From NCBI GenBank assembly GCA_965248535.1, contig CBDFJR010000002.1:1664001-1728000 (forward strand): DNA of 64,000 nt, given 5' to 3'. A program made the position numbers and the translations under genes. The notes beneath the pieces were generated by a model that was given only the letters and a program-made list of their open reading frames with translations, had not been told where the DNA came from and searched no databases. This DNA is from Phormidesmis sp. (GTDB taxonomy: Bacteria > Cyanobacteriota > Cyanobacteriia > Leptolyngbyales > Leptolyngbyaceae). Each line of letters opens with the position of its first letter. Position 1 is the stretch's first letter. This document shows, in pieces, positions 27,850 to 37,575 of this stretch.

Positions 27850-30039
27850 TTGATGTTGAAGCAACGAAAGATTTGGATCGCGCTGGCAGCAGGCACCGGA
27901 CTGTTGGCTTTATTGATTGGCGCTTTTTTGCCGATCGAGAAACTAAGAGATGCTTCTCACCAAGCCACGCAAGGGTTCAACTCTAAGCAGCCTGAAAATG
28001 TGGGATCGCCGAGCACGATCGTCAGCCCTCTAATCGCGCAATCGCCCAAGCAACGCGCCGCAACTCTCAAAGCAACGGCTCAAAATTCCACTGTTTCTCT
28101 AGAGCGCAATCGGGCCCGCTATCTGCTAGCCAGCGATCTGATTGCTCAGGGGCAGGGCGAGAAAGCGATCGAGGCGCTCAAAAATCTTGAAAAAGACTAT
28201 CCGGTGCTGGCGGCGCAGGTTTTGCTCAAACGTGCCCAAGCCTATGAAGTCGCTGGAAAAAAAGCGGAGACCACCGCTACCTGGCAAGAATTGGTTAAGC
28301 AATATCCCCATGATCCGGCCGCTGCCGAGGCTCTGTTTTTCTTAGGAAAATCGAACCCTAGCTATTGGGATCAAGCGATCGAGCAGTTTCCGGCTCACCC
28401 CCGATCGGTAGAAATTGCCCAACTTCGGCTGAAAAAGAACCCCAATCAGTTTTCGCTGCTGATGCTGATGGCCAACAATGCTGTCAACAGCGAAGGCTAC
28501 ACCGGAATTCTCGATAAACTAACCGAAAAATTTGCTCCTCAGCTACAGCCCAAAGATTGGGAAGCGATCGCCTTTGGCTATTGGGAAAATCAGGTTTATG
28601 ACAAAGGGGCGGCGGCCTATGCCCGTGCGCCTCAGACGGCGGTCAACGCTTATCGAGCCGCTCGTGGGCTGCATCTGAGCGGCAAGCCCGGCGGCGAAGA
28701 GCGCTATCGACAAGTCGCCCAAAATTTTCCCAATTCGCCCGAAGCTGGGTTAGCTCTAACTCGACTGGCGGCGTTAGCAGAACAGCCCCAAGCGGCGATC
28801 GCCTATCTCGATCAGGTGATTGAGCATTTTCCCGATCGGTCCCCCGCTGCCCTAGTCGAAAAATCTAAACAACTCGACAAACTCAACAGCAGCAAATTTG
28901 CGGCTCAAGTCAGACAACTCGTGCTGACGCAATATGCCCACACCGATGCGGCCGCAGACATGCGCTGGTTTTATGCTCAAGAACGCGCCCAAGCCGGAGA
29001 TTTTCGACTCGCTAAAGAGTGGGCAGAGCCGATTCTCGACCAAAACCCCAACAGCGAAATCGCCGCCCAAGCCGGGTTTTGGGTCGGCAAATGGAGTGAA
29101 AAACTCGGCAAACCTGACGACGCAAAAGCCATCTATCAAAAGGTGCTATCCCAGCATTCCGACTCTTATTATGCGTGGCGATCGGCGAATCGACTGGGCT
29201 GGAACGTCGGCGACTTTAACAGTGTGCGATCGCTCAACCCCGCCGTTAATAAACCCGCCACTCGCCCCGAACTGGTAGCCGGATCGCCCGTGCTCAAAGA
29301 ACTCTATCAGCTTGGTCAAGACCGCGACGCTTGGACTCAGTGGCAAATCGAGTTTCAAAATCGCATGGCTCCCACCATGGCAGAACAGTTTACCGACGGG
29401 GTGATGCGGTTGGGGATCGGCAACAATCTGGACGGCATTTTTATGGTGTCAAATCTGAGCGATCGTGACAAGCCCGACGAAAAAGAGCAGTACCGATCGT
29501 TAAAGCAACAGTCCGCTTATTGGCAGGCGCTCTACCCGTTTCCCTACCTGCAAGAAATCGAGAACTGGTCAGGGCAACATCAACTTAATCCGCTTTTGGT
29601 GACGGCGTTAATTCGTCAAGAGTCGCGCTTTGAGTCAAAAATCAAATCCTCAGTTGGGGCAACAGGTTTGATGCAGGTGATGCCTGACACCGCAACGTTT
29701 ATCGCCAGCAATATTAAGCTCAAACAGTTCAAATTGGATGATCCCAATGACAATATTCGGTTAGGCACCTGGTATCTCGATCATACTCACTTGGAGTACA
29801 ACAACAATTCGATGCTGGCGGTTGCGAGCTATAACGCTGGCCCTGGTGCGGTTGGGGGTTGGTTAGCCAAGGCAAAAACTCAAGACACCGATGAGTTTGT
29901 TGAGATGATTCCCTACGATGAAACAAAGGGGTATGTGAAGTCAGTTTTTGGCAATTATTGGAACTATCTCCGGCTCTATAACCCTGAGATTTCGCAGCAG
30001 ATTTCTCAAATGACTTCTGAGCACCCCAAAGGGGGTTAA
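27850..30039 (+). CDS. TPR-containing soluble lytic transglycosylase
   Basis: IRQES, GATGLMQ, ASYNAG, ETKGYV. Confidence 0.92.
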   Translation: MMLKQRKIWIALAAGTGLLALLIGAFLPIEKLRDASHQATQGFNSKQPENVGSPSTIVSPLIAQSPKQRAATLKATAQNSTVSLERNRARYLLASDLIAQGQGEKAIEALKNLEKDYPVLAAQVLLKRAQAYEVAGKKAETTATWQELVKQYPHDPAAAEALFFLGKSNPSYWDQAIEQFPAHPRSVEIAQLRLKKNPNQFSLLMLMANNAVNSEGYTGILDKLTEKFAPQLQPKDWEAIAFGYWENQVYDKGAAAYARAPQTAVNAYRAARGLHLSGKPGGEERYRQVAQNFPNSPEAGLALTRLAALAEQPQAAIAYLDQVIEHFPDRSPAALVEKSKQLDKLNSSKFAAQVRQLVLTQYAHTDAAADMRWFYAQERAQAGDFRLAKEWAEPILDQNPNSEIAAQAGFWVGKWSEKLGKPDDAKAIYQKVLSQHSDSYYAWRSANRLGWNVGDFNSVRSLNPAVNKPATRPELVAGSPVLKELYQLGQDRDAWTQWQIEFQNRMAPTMAEQFTDGVMRLGIGNNLDGIFMVSNLSDRDKPDEKEQYRSLKQQSAYWQALYPFPYLQEIENWSGQHQLNPLLVTALIRQESRFESKIKSSVGATGLMQVMPDTATFIASNIKLKQFKLDDPNDNIRLGTWYLDHTHLEYNNNSMLAVASYNAGPGAVGGWLAKAKTQDTDEFVEMIPYDETKGYVKSVFGNYWNYLRLYNPEISQQISQMTSEHPKGG

Positions 30040-30093
30040 CTGAGATGCTGTGTTCATGCCCCTTGCAGCACAGATCGGGTTAACCCCTGGCTC

Positions 30094-30447
30094 TTACCAA
30101 CCCTTTTCAGACTGAGCGAGCACATAAGCCGCCACTGACTGAATTTGGTCATCGGTCAAGCGACCCTTAAACTTGGGCATCGCATTTTTGCCGTTGGTTA
30201 CCTGAGTGACGATCGCTGCGCTGCTGTTCATCGCATATTTAGCCAGGGCCGCTTTTTTAAGCGTTTTGTCAGGGCTGACAACATTTTTGCCGCCGATATG
30301 ACAAGAGGCGCAGTTGGCTGCAAAGACTTTTGCCCCTGTTGCTAGATCTGCATCTGCCAAAGCAGGTTGAGCCATTGTGAAAATCATGGATGCGATCGTA
30401 ATCAAAACCGTTGCAAGCAGTGTTCTCATAGACAGTAGTTTCTTCAT
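30094..30447 (-). CDS. petJ: Cytochrome c6
   Basis: Signal peptide, [15 protein letters not shown]. Confidence 0.93.
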   Translation of the reverse strand: MKKLLSMRTLLATVLITIASMIFTMAQPALADADLATGAKVFAANCASCHIGGKNVVSPDKTLKKAALAKYAMNSSAAIVTQVTNGKNAMPKFKGRLTDDQIQSVAAYVLAQSEKGW

Positions 30448-30778
30448 AACCGGATCGTTTGTAATGGGACTCTAGAGGATGGTTTTACACAGAGATATCC
30501 TCCAAACTTCCCTAAGGGAAATCGAGAGGATAGGAAACTTGTTGCTGGTCACGCGCTTCTCTAAAGATGCGCTGTGATTCAGTTATGAGTAGTGTGTCTT
30601 GCTTATTTCCTTTCGTCAAAAGACAGGCTGTAAAACTTGCGAAAGGCTCAAAGGTAGGGCGACGTGGGCAAGCGATCGTGAGATTCAGAAGTCATCGTGA
30701 TCAAATTCCTACAGCCCCTCAATGTCAGGTAGTCTGATTCAGGTATTCTAATAAAGTGTCATTTCACTGTTAGGAGAT

Positions 30779-31198
30779 ATGGTTTCTCTACCTCATCACC
30801 GTCCAAAACACCTGTCTCTCGGCCCGCTAGAGTCAGAGATCTTGCACATCGTTTGGGAGCTAGACGGCGCAACGGTGAAAGAGATTCACGATCGCATTCT
30901 TGCTGACCCCGATCGTGAGTTGGCCTACACGTCGGTCACCACGGTTTTAAACCGTCTCACCAAAAAAGGCTGGCTCGTGTGTGACAAACAAGCCCGCAGC
31001 TTTTGGTGGAAACCGCTCGTCTCAAAAGCCGAAGCCACTGCTCTGCAAGCCTATGAGCAACTCAATCAATTTTTAGCCGTCGGCAACCCCGATGTGGTCG
31101 CGGCCTTTGCCGATAGTCTCGATCAAGCCAGCGTCGAACAACTCGAAGCGATCGCTCAACGATTACAAGCCATCCGCAAATCACGGGAGGAACTATGA
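30779..31198 (+). CDS. petR: BlaI/MecI/CopY-family regulator, likely PetR
   Basis: LGPLE.EI, AYTSVTTVLNRL..KG; divergent from petJ and coupled to an M56 peptidase. Confidence 0.8.
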   Translation: MVSLPHHRPKHLSLGPLESEILHIVWELDGATVKEIHDRILADPDRELAYTSVTTVLNRLTKKGWLVCDKQARSFWWKPLVSKAEATALQAYEQLNQFLAVGNPDVVAAFADSLDQASVEQLEAIAQRLQAIRKSREEL

Positions 31199-32040
31199 CG
31201 CATTTAATCCTGCTTTTATCCGCGTTGGCAGTCGCTTGGGGTCTGCGTCAAACTGCCCCGATTCCCACGGGTCGCTGGAGCGATCGCTGGCAAACCACGC
31301 TCGGATGGTTCCTGTTCTCTCCTTTATTGTTGAGCACCACCACCTTTGCCCTCATTTATATGGGGCCCTGTCATCAAATGACGCTCTGGTGGGAAGGCTG
31401 GGGCAGTTATGCGATCGCGATTTCGTTTCTGACGGCCGCGATCGGACTGGGGTTGAGCTTAACGATTTCGGCCCAGCGATCGCTGCATCAAGTTCGCCGC
31501 TACCCCACACTAGAGCTACACGGCAAGACCGCTCGACTGATTGCGATTCCGACTCCCTATGTGGCGCAGATTGGCTTCTGGAAACCAGAGCTAGTCGTTA
31601 GCCAGGGGTTGTTAGATTCTCTCGACTCTGCCCATCTTGAAGTGGTCTTAGTTCACGAACAGGGGCATCTTCACTATCGCGACACCTTCTGGTTTTTTTG
31701 GCTGGGTTGGTTGCGTCGTCTCACCGTCTGGCTGCCCCAAACCGAAGCGCTCTGGCAAGAACTGCTGATCTTGCGAGAACTGAGAGCCGATCGCTGGGCG
31801 GCTCAACAGGTCGATCAGTTACTCCTAGCCGAAGCTCTGCTTTCTGTCGTCAGCGCCCCTCAAATGCAGCCTGAAAACGTCTGCGCTTCGTTTAGCAGCG
31901 CCGTCGTCAGAAACCGTCTCACCGAGCGCATCACCGCGCTTTTAGAACCAGAGTCAGCGTCACATTCCGATTGGCGATCGTGGCTCTGGCTGCTGTTGGG
32001 GTTGTTGCCATTGATTGTGGTTCCCTTTCACATGGTTTGA
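31195..32040 (+). CDS. petP: M56/BlaR-like membrane metallopeptidase, likely PetP
   Basis: HEQGH, ELRAD, TM helices; 4-bp overlap with the regulator. Confidence 0.8.
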   Translation: MTHLILLLSALAVAWGLRQTAPIPTGRWSDRWQTTLGWFLFSPLLLSTTTFALIYMGPCHQMTLWWEGWGSYAIAISFLTAAIGLGLSLTISAQRSLHQVRRYPTLELHGKTARLIAIPTPYVAQIGFWKPELVVSQGLLDSLDSAHLEVVLVHEQGHLHYRDTFWFFWLGWLRRLTVWLPQTEALWQELLILRELRADRWAAQQVDQLLLAEALLSVVSAPQMQPENVCASFSSAVVRNRLTERITALLEPESASHSDWRSWLWLLLGLLPLIVVPFHMV

Positions 32041-32076
32041 GGTGCGATCGCGGGCTGTTTTGGGTGAAGTCAACCT

Positions 32077-33624
32077 CTATCGCCGCAGTGCTACCCAGGT
32101 TGAAGCCAGCTTTTTCACCAATGGCGTTAAACGAGTGCGGCTATACTCGTCGGCTACTTTGCGGATAGCTTCGGCTTGGGTCGGGTAGGGGTGAATTGTG
32201 CTCGCGATCGCTCCAATTCCCAGTTTATTTGTCATGGCTAACGTGATTTCATTAATCATGTCTCCAGCGTGGCGAGCTACGATCGTGGCACCAATCATTT
32301 TGCTGGTTCCTTTTTGAAGATGAATCTTGGCAAATCCTTCAACTTCACCATCTATGATCGCCCGATCGATTTTATTCATCGGCACAGAGAGTGTGTGAAC
32401 GTCGATGCCTTTTTGCTGCGCTTCTTTTAGCGATAACCCCACCGTTGCCACTTCTGGGTCAGTAAACGTGCAGGATGGCATCACAAGGGAACTGAGCTTT
32501 TTGCGTCCCAAGCCAAAAATCGCAAACAGCGCATTTTGAACCAGAATTCGAGCTGCTGCATCGGCTGCGTGGGTATATTTCCACTCCATGCAAACGTCGC
32601 CCACTGCATAGATGTTGGGATGGGTGGTTTGCAGATAATCGTTGACGATCACGCCGTGTTTTTGGTCATAGTCTACGCCGACGGTTTCAAGGTTCAAATT
32701 CTCGACATTGGGCGATCGTCCGACTCCGACCAAAATTTCATCAACGGTAACGGACTGCTCTTTGCCGTCTAATTCGTAGTGAATAATTTTTTCGTTACCC
32801 CGACGCTCGATGCGGCTAATTTTGGATTTTAACAGCAGTTGAATGCCTTCTTGCTCAAAGGTCTTTTGCACGATCGCCGCCGCGTCTTGATCAGCCCGAC
32901 TCAACAGGCGATCGCCCTGCTGCAATAAGGTGACTTCCGATCCCAATCGGCGAAAGGTTTGGGCTAACTCACAGCCAATATAGCCACCGCCAATCACTCC
33001 TAGCCGATGAGGACGTTCGGTGAGTTCAAACACGTTTTCGTTGGTGAGATAGCCTGCCTCGGTTAGCCCGGCGATCGCTAGCTCCGTCGCCCGCGCACCT
33101 GTGGCGATCGCCGCTTTGCGAAATTTGAGTGTCTTGCCCGCAACGCTCACCGTGTCAGCACTGGCAAATTTTGCCTCTCCAAAAAAGACATCTACGCCGT
33201 AGTCTTGCTGAAATTTTCGAGCCGAATCGTTGGGACTGATCTCCGATCGCACCCGCCGCAATCGCTCCATCACGGCAGCAAAATCGACTTTGATGTCGTC
33301 CGAGGTGCCAATGCCATATCGAGCCGCGCTCTGAATATCAGCCACGACTCGCGCCGATCGGATCATCGCTTTTGAGGGCACACAGCCCACGATCGTGCAG
33401 TCGCCCCCCATTAAATGCTTTTCGATCAGAGCCACTTTGGCCCCAAAAACTGAGGCCCCGGCTGCTGTGACTAACCCCGCAGTGCCTGCGCCGATCACCA
33501 CCAAATCATAGCGAGGGGCTGGTTCGGGGTTCACCCAGTTAGGCGGATGGACGTTGTTAACCAAGACCTGATTGTAGTGATCCATCGGGGGAACGATGAC
33601 ACGATCGGCGCTAAATTGCGACAT
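32077..33624 (-). CDS. MerA/LpdA-like pyridine nucleotide-disulfide oxidoreductase
   Basis: GAGTAG, GGDCTIVGCVPSK, IHPYPTQAE; no C-terminal Cys pair. Confidence 0.88.
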   Translation of the reverse strand: MSQFSADRVIVPPMDHYNQVLVNNVHPPNWVNPEPAPRYDLVVIGAGTAGLVTAAGASVFGAKVALIEKHLMGGDCTIVGCVPSKAMIRSARVVADIQSAARYGIGTSDDIKVDFAAVMERLRRVRSEISPNDSARKFQQDYGVDVFFGEAKFASADTVSVAGKTLKFRKAAIATGARATELAIAGLTEAGYLTNENVFELTERPHRLGVIGGGYIGCELAQTFRRLGSEVTLLQQGDRLLSRADQDAAAIVQKTFEQEGIQLLLKSKISRIERRGNEKIIHYELDGKEQSVTVDEILVGVGRSPNVENLNLETVGVDYDQKHGVIVNDYLQTTHPNIYAVGDVCMEWKYTHAADAAARILVQNALFAIFGLGRKKLSSLVMPSCTFTDPEVATVGLSLKEAQQKGIDVHTLSVPMNKIDRAIIDGEVEGFAKIHLQKGTSKMIGATIVARHAGDMINEITLAMTNKLGIGAIASTIHPYPTQAEAIRKVADEYSRTRLTPLVKKLASTWVALRR

Positions 33625-33717
33625 AGAAATTTTTCTTTATAACTTCTCTCATTCTAAAGATAGAGCTTAAAAACTTCTCTAACTAACGGGGTAGATAAAA
33701 CTATGGGTCGAATGTGC

Positions 33718-33748
33718 TTGACTTAGAGCGCACTCTAACCGCTAAGGT
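33718..33748 (+). promoter_or_regulatory. MerR-type promoter/operator
   Basis: TTGACT-N19-TAAGGT with dyad TTAGAGCG/CACTCTAA (33723-33738) in the spacer. Confidence 0.85.
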
Positions 33749-33755
33749 GATGGGC

Positions 33756-34181
33756 ATGGATGCAGAACTCACAATTCAACAGGTTTCTGAACGCACAGGG
33801 CTGAGTGTCTACACGCTGCGCTACTACGAGCGGAACGGACTTTTGGAGCCAATCAATCGGGCTGCTAATGGCCATCGTCGCTATTCGCCTACCGACATCA
33901 AGCGCATCGAATTTTTAACGAAATTGAGAATGACCGGGATGCCGATTCGACAAATGCAGCAATATGCGCTTTCTCTGCGACAAAATCCCGATGCGTTTAA
34001 TGAGCGCAGAGAGATTTTAGAAACCCATGAACGTGAAGTTCGGCAACGCATTCGAGAATTTAATCAAAATCTGGAGATGATTCAGTGGAAGATTCAAAAC
34101 TATCGAGAAATAGAATCCCGCCACTCAAAAAATAGAACCCTTGACGATCAATTTTCAATCAGTTCTCAACTCCAAAATTAA
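33756..34181 (+). CDS. MerR-family transcriptional regulator
   Basis: TLRYYE..GLL, NGHRRY, GMPI. Confidence 0.92.
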   Translation: MDAELTIQQVSERTGLSVYTLRYYERNGLLEPINRAANGHRRYSPTDIKRIEFLTKLRMTGMPIRQMQQYALSLRQNPDAFNERREILETHEREVRQRIREFNQNLEMIQWKIQNYREIESRHSKNRTLDDQFSISSQLQN

Positions 34182-34186
34182 TCACA

Positions 34187-35170
34187 ATGAAAACACGAAA
34201 ACTTGGCTCAGAACTCACTGTGTCAGAACTTGGTCTCGGCTGCATGGGAATGTCAGAGTTCTACGGCAGCACCGATGAAACCGAATCGATCGCCACCATT
34301 CATCGCGCTCTAGAGTTGGGCGTTGACTTTCTCGACACGGCTGATATGTATGGCATGGGGGCAAACGAGCAACTGGTGGGTAAGGCGCTTAAAGGACAGC
34401 GCGATCGCGTCATTCTCGCTACTAAATTTGGCATTCAGCGCGGCGAAGATCCCGCTTCTCGCGGTGTTAATGGCAAACCTGAGTATGTGCGTCAAGCCTG
34501 CGATGCGTCGCTCAAGCGCTTAAACGTTGACTACATTGATTTGTATTATCAGCATCGCGTTGACCCAAACGTAGCGATCGAAGACACGATCGGGGCAATG
34601 GCTGAACTCGTTCATCAAGGCAAAGTGCGCTATTTAGGGCTTTCGGAAGCGGCGGCCGCTACCATTCGGCGCGCCCATGCCGTTCACCCGATCGCGGCTC
34701 TTCAGTCAGAATATTCGCTCTGGACTCGTGACCCCGAAGATGAAATTCTCCCCACAATTCGCGAATTAGGAATCGGGTTTGTGCCCTATAGCCCAATGGG
34801 GCGGGGCTTTCTGTCGGGACAGATCACCAGCCCCGATGATTTTGCTGCCGATGATTATCGTCAACATTTGCCGCGATTTCAGGGCGAAAACTTCTATAAA
34901 AATCTGGAATTGGTCGATCGCGTCAAAGAAATCGCGGCTCAAAAAAACGCCACCCCCGGACAGTTGGCGCTAGCGTGGCTTTTGGCTCAAGGAGAGGATA
35001 TTGCTCCCATTCCCGGCACAAAACGCCGCACCTATTTAGAAGAAAATGTGGCCGCCGTCGAGATCAAACTGACCTCAGAAGACCTCGATCGCTTAGATGC
35101 GATCGCGCCTAAAAACGGGACGGCGGGCGATCGCTATCCGCAATCCTCAATGGCCGCCCTCGATCGTTAA
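34187..35170 (+). CDS. Aldo/keto reductase
   Basis: [29 protein letters not shown]. Confidence 0.95.
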   Translation: MKTRKLGSELTVSELGLGCMGMSEFYGSTDETESIATIHRALELGVDFLDTADMYGMGANEQLVGKALKGQRDRVILATKFGIQRGEDPASRGVNGKPEYVRQACDASLKRLNVDYIDLYYQHRVDPNVAIEDTIGAMAELVHQGKVRYLGLSEAAAATIRRAHAVHPIAALQSEYSLWTRDPEDEILPTIRELGIGFVPYSPMGRGFLSGQITSPDDFAADDYRQHLPRFQGENFYKNLELVDRVKEIAAQKNATPGQLALAWLLAQGEDIAPIPGTKRRTYLEENVAAVEIKLTSEDLDRLDAIAPKNGTAGDRYPQSSMAALDR

Positions 35171-35180
35171 TCGAGTGACC

Positions 35181-35215
35181 CAGATCCCCGATTTCTCGCA
35201 GAAATCGGAGATCTG
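35181..35215. repeat. Palindromic intergenic repeat between convergent genes, possible terminator
   Basis: CAGATCCCCGATTTCT-cgc-AGAAATCGGAGATCTG; related copy at 47561. Confidence 0.6.
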
Positions 35216-35227
35216 AAGTCAGGGATC

Positions 35228-37135
35228 TTAGCTTTCGCTCTTTTCTAATAACGCAGATTGCAGCGTGCTCAACAACTCTTTGACCATAAAAGGCTTTGCC
35301 AAAAAACGCTGCACTCCTGCACTTTCGGCATCGGCAATCATGCCTTTAGAAGACAGCCCGCTCATCGCCACCACTTCCACATCAGGATTGATGCGCTGCA
35401 ACGTGCGAATCGTGCTTGGCCCATCCATCAGCGGCATCATCAGATCGATTAACACTAGCTGAATGTGGTCTTGATGTTTTGAGTAAGTCTCGATCGCGTC
35501 GATGCCGTTGCAGGCCGTCAACACCTGATAGTTATAGTCTTCGAGCGTGATGCGAGTGCTTTCTCGCACGGGGGCCTCGTCATCAACAACCAAAATCAAA
35601 TCGCCGTCGCCCCGGTGCAGTTCTGAGTGCTCGATCGGGGCCGGTTCTCTAATCATCACCGCAGGCAAAAAGACTTTAAACTCAGTCCCTTTGCTGAGTT
35701 GACTCGAAACCGTGATAAAGCCACCATGACTTTTGATGATGCCGACCACCGTCGAAAGCCCCAGCCCGGTGCCGCCGCCCAGTTCTTTAGTGGTGAAAAA
35801 TGGCTCAAAGATGCGATCGAGAATCTCAGCGGCGATTCCCAGCCCGGTGTCAGTCACTGACAGCACACAATAGGGCCCAATTTGAGCCTCTAAATTGGTG
35901 CGCTGATCAACCTCTGTCAGTCGTTGATTGGTGGCAGAAATCGTGAGAATGCCGCCTGCGGGCATGGCATCACGGGCATTGACACACAGATTCATCAACA
36001 CTTGGTGCAGTTGAGTGCTGTCACCAACCACCGTCCACAAATCGTTAGAAACTTCGACCTCGACGGCAATCGATCGCGGCAATGTCTCCCGCAAAATTTT
36101 CTCAATCTCACCGATTAAGTGTCGTGTTTGCAAAATGACGTGTTTGCCTTCAACGCCCCGCGTAAATGACAGCACCTGTTTGACTAAATCTGCCCCTCGT
36201 CGAGCGTTGGTTTCTAAAAGCTGAAGCAATAGCTGGCTGCGATCGTCGAGGTTTTTTAACTTTAACGGCAGCAGTTGAGCGGCGGCTAAAATCGGAGTCA
36301 AAATATTATTTAAATCGTGAGCAATGCCGCTGGCTAAGGTGCCAATGCTCTCTAGGCGTTGAGCGCGAAAAAATTGCGCTTCTAACAGCTTTTTTTCAGT
36401 GATGTTAGTGTCTACGGTCAAAATCGATTTGGGTTGCCCTGCTTCATCTCGCACCAGAGTCCAGCGACTTTCGACCGTGACGACTTGATCGGATTTGGTG
36501 ATGTTCTGCAATTCACCGAGCCATTCGCCTTGGGTGAGCACCTCGGTGAGGGCGGCTCGCAGTTGGGGAGAGGGCTTTCGATAGAGCAGTTGGTCGGCGT
36601 TTTTGCCGATCGCCTCCTCTGCCTTCCAGCCAAATAGCCGCTCTGCGCCTTTGTTCCAATACACGATGCGGTGGTTGAGATCTCTGACTAAGATGGCATC
36701 GGTGGCGATGTCTAGCAGGGCCGCTTGTTGCCGAATTTTTTGTTCGGCTCGTTGACGCTCGATCGCATAGCGCATAGAGCGCACCAACAGGTCGCCCGTC
36801 ACCTCTCCTTTGACTAAATAATCTTGGGCACCCGCTTGCATTGCCCGCAGCGTCATGATTTCGTCGTCTAACCCCGTTAAAACCACAACCGGAATTGCAG
36901 GCACGCGACTGTGAATCGTCACGAGGGTTTCTAAGCCCATGCTATCGGGCAAGGTGAGATCTAGAAGAATAATGTCAAACTTGGTTTTGCCTAGATTGTG
37001 CAGGGCAGTGTCTAAGCGATCGCACTGCGTCACCTGAAAAGGGGTCGTCGGAACGTCTTTGAGAAACTCTAGCAACAGCCGCACGTCAGCCGGGCTGTCT
37101 TCGACTAACAAAACGTTTATCGAGTGCTCGGCCAT
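35228..37135 (-). CDS. Hybrid histidine kinase REC-PAS-HisKA-HATPase-REC
   Basis: Two receiver domains, GIAHDLNN, NARDAM, PFFTTK, GTGLGL. Confidence 0.93.
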   Translation of the reverse strand: MAEHSINVLLVEDSPADVRLLLEFLKDVPTTPFQVTQCDRLDTALHNLGKTKFDIILLDLTLPDSMGLETLVTIHSRVPAIPVVVLTGLDDEIMTLRAMQAGAQDYLVKGEVTGDLLVRSMRYAIERQRAEQKIRQQAALLDIATDAILVRDLNHRIVYWNKGAERLFGWKAEEAIGKNADQLLYRKPSPQLRAALTEVLTQGEWLGELQNITKSDQVVTVESRWTLVRDEAGQPKSILTVDTNITEKKLLEAQFFRAQRLESIGTLASGIAHDLNNILTPILAAAQLLPLKLKNLDDRSQLLLQLLETNARRGADLVKQVLSFTRGVEGKHVILQTRHLIGEIEKILRETLPRSIAVEVEVSNDLWTVVGDSTQLHQVLMNLCVNARDAMPAGGILTISATNQRLTEVDQRTNLEAQIGPYCVLSVTDTGLGIAAEILDRIFEPFFTTKELGGGTGLGLSTVVGIIKSHGGFITVSSQLSKGTEFKVFLPAVMIREPAPIEHSELHRGDGDLILVVDDEAPVRESTRITLEDYNYQVLTACNGIDAIETYSKHQDHIQLVLIDLMMPLMDGPSTIRTLQRINPDVEVVAMSGLSSKGMIADAESAGVQRFLAKPFMVKELLSTLQSALLEKSES

Positions 37136-37143
37136 AGCGATGA

Positions 37144-37575
37144 TTACTCCGGCGGCAGTTTAACGATCGTGAACCAAAAGTCTTCGATCGATTTGACGAT
37201 CTTAATAAACTGATCAAAGTCAACAGGCTTAGAAATGTAGCAGTTTGCACAGAGGTTATAGGCTTTGATGATATCCTCCTCGGCTTGAGACGTGGTTAAA
37301 ATCACAACCGGAATGCGCCTTAACGCTTGGTCAGCTTTGATCTCAGCCAGCACTTCACGCCCGTCTTTTTTGGGTAAATTAAGATCTAACAAAATTAAAT
37401 CTGGGTGGGGAGATCTGGCATAAGCGGCCTGCTTACGCAGAAATGCCATCGCTTCTACGCCATCATCGACAACGCTGAGATTAATGTGCATTTTACCATC
37501 TTCGAGCGCAATCCGAGTCAGTTGAGCATCACCTGGATTATCTTCAACCAACAAAACTTGAATCGGTAAACTCAT
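37144..37575 (-). CDS. Single-domain response regulator (Rcp1-like)
   Basis: LVEDNPGD, LLDLNLP, KPVD, FWF. Confidence 0.93.
   Translation of the reverse strand: MSLPIQVLLVEDNPGDAQLTRIALEDGKMHINLSVVDDGVEAMAFLRKQAAYARSPHPDLILLDLNLPKKDGREVLAEIKADQALRRIPVVILTTSQAEEDIIKAYNLCANCYISKPVDFDQFIKIVKSIEDFWFTIVKLPPE

Noticed and set aside
32077..33624. True mercuric reductase merA under the adjacent MerR
   Set aside because: No C-terminal Cys pair, no mer transport genes, the regulator lacks Cys ligands, and the operator faces the AKR operon
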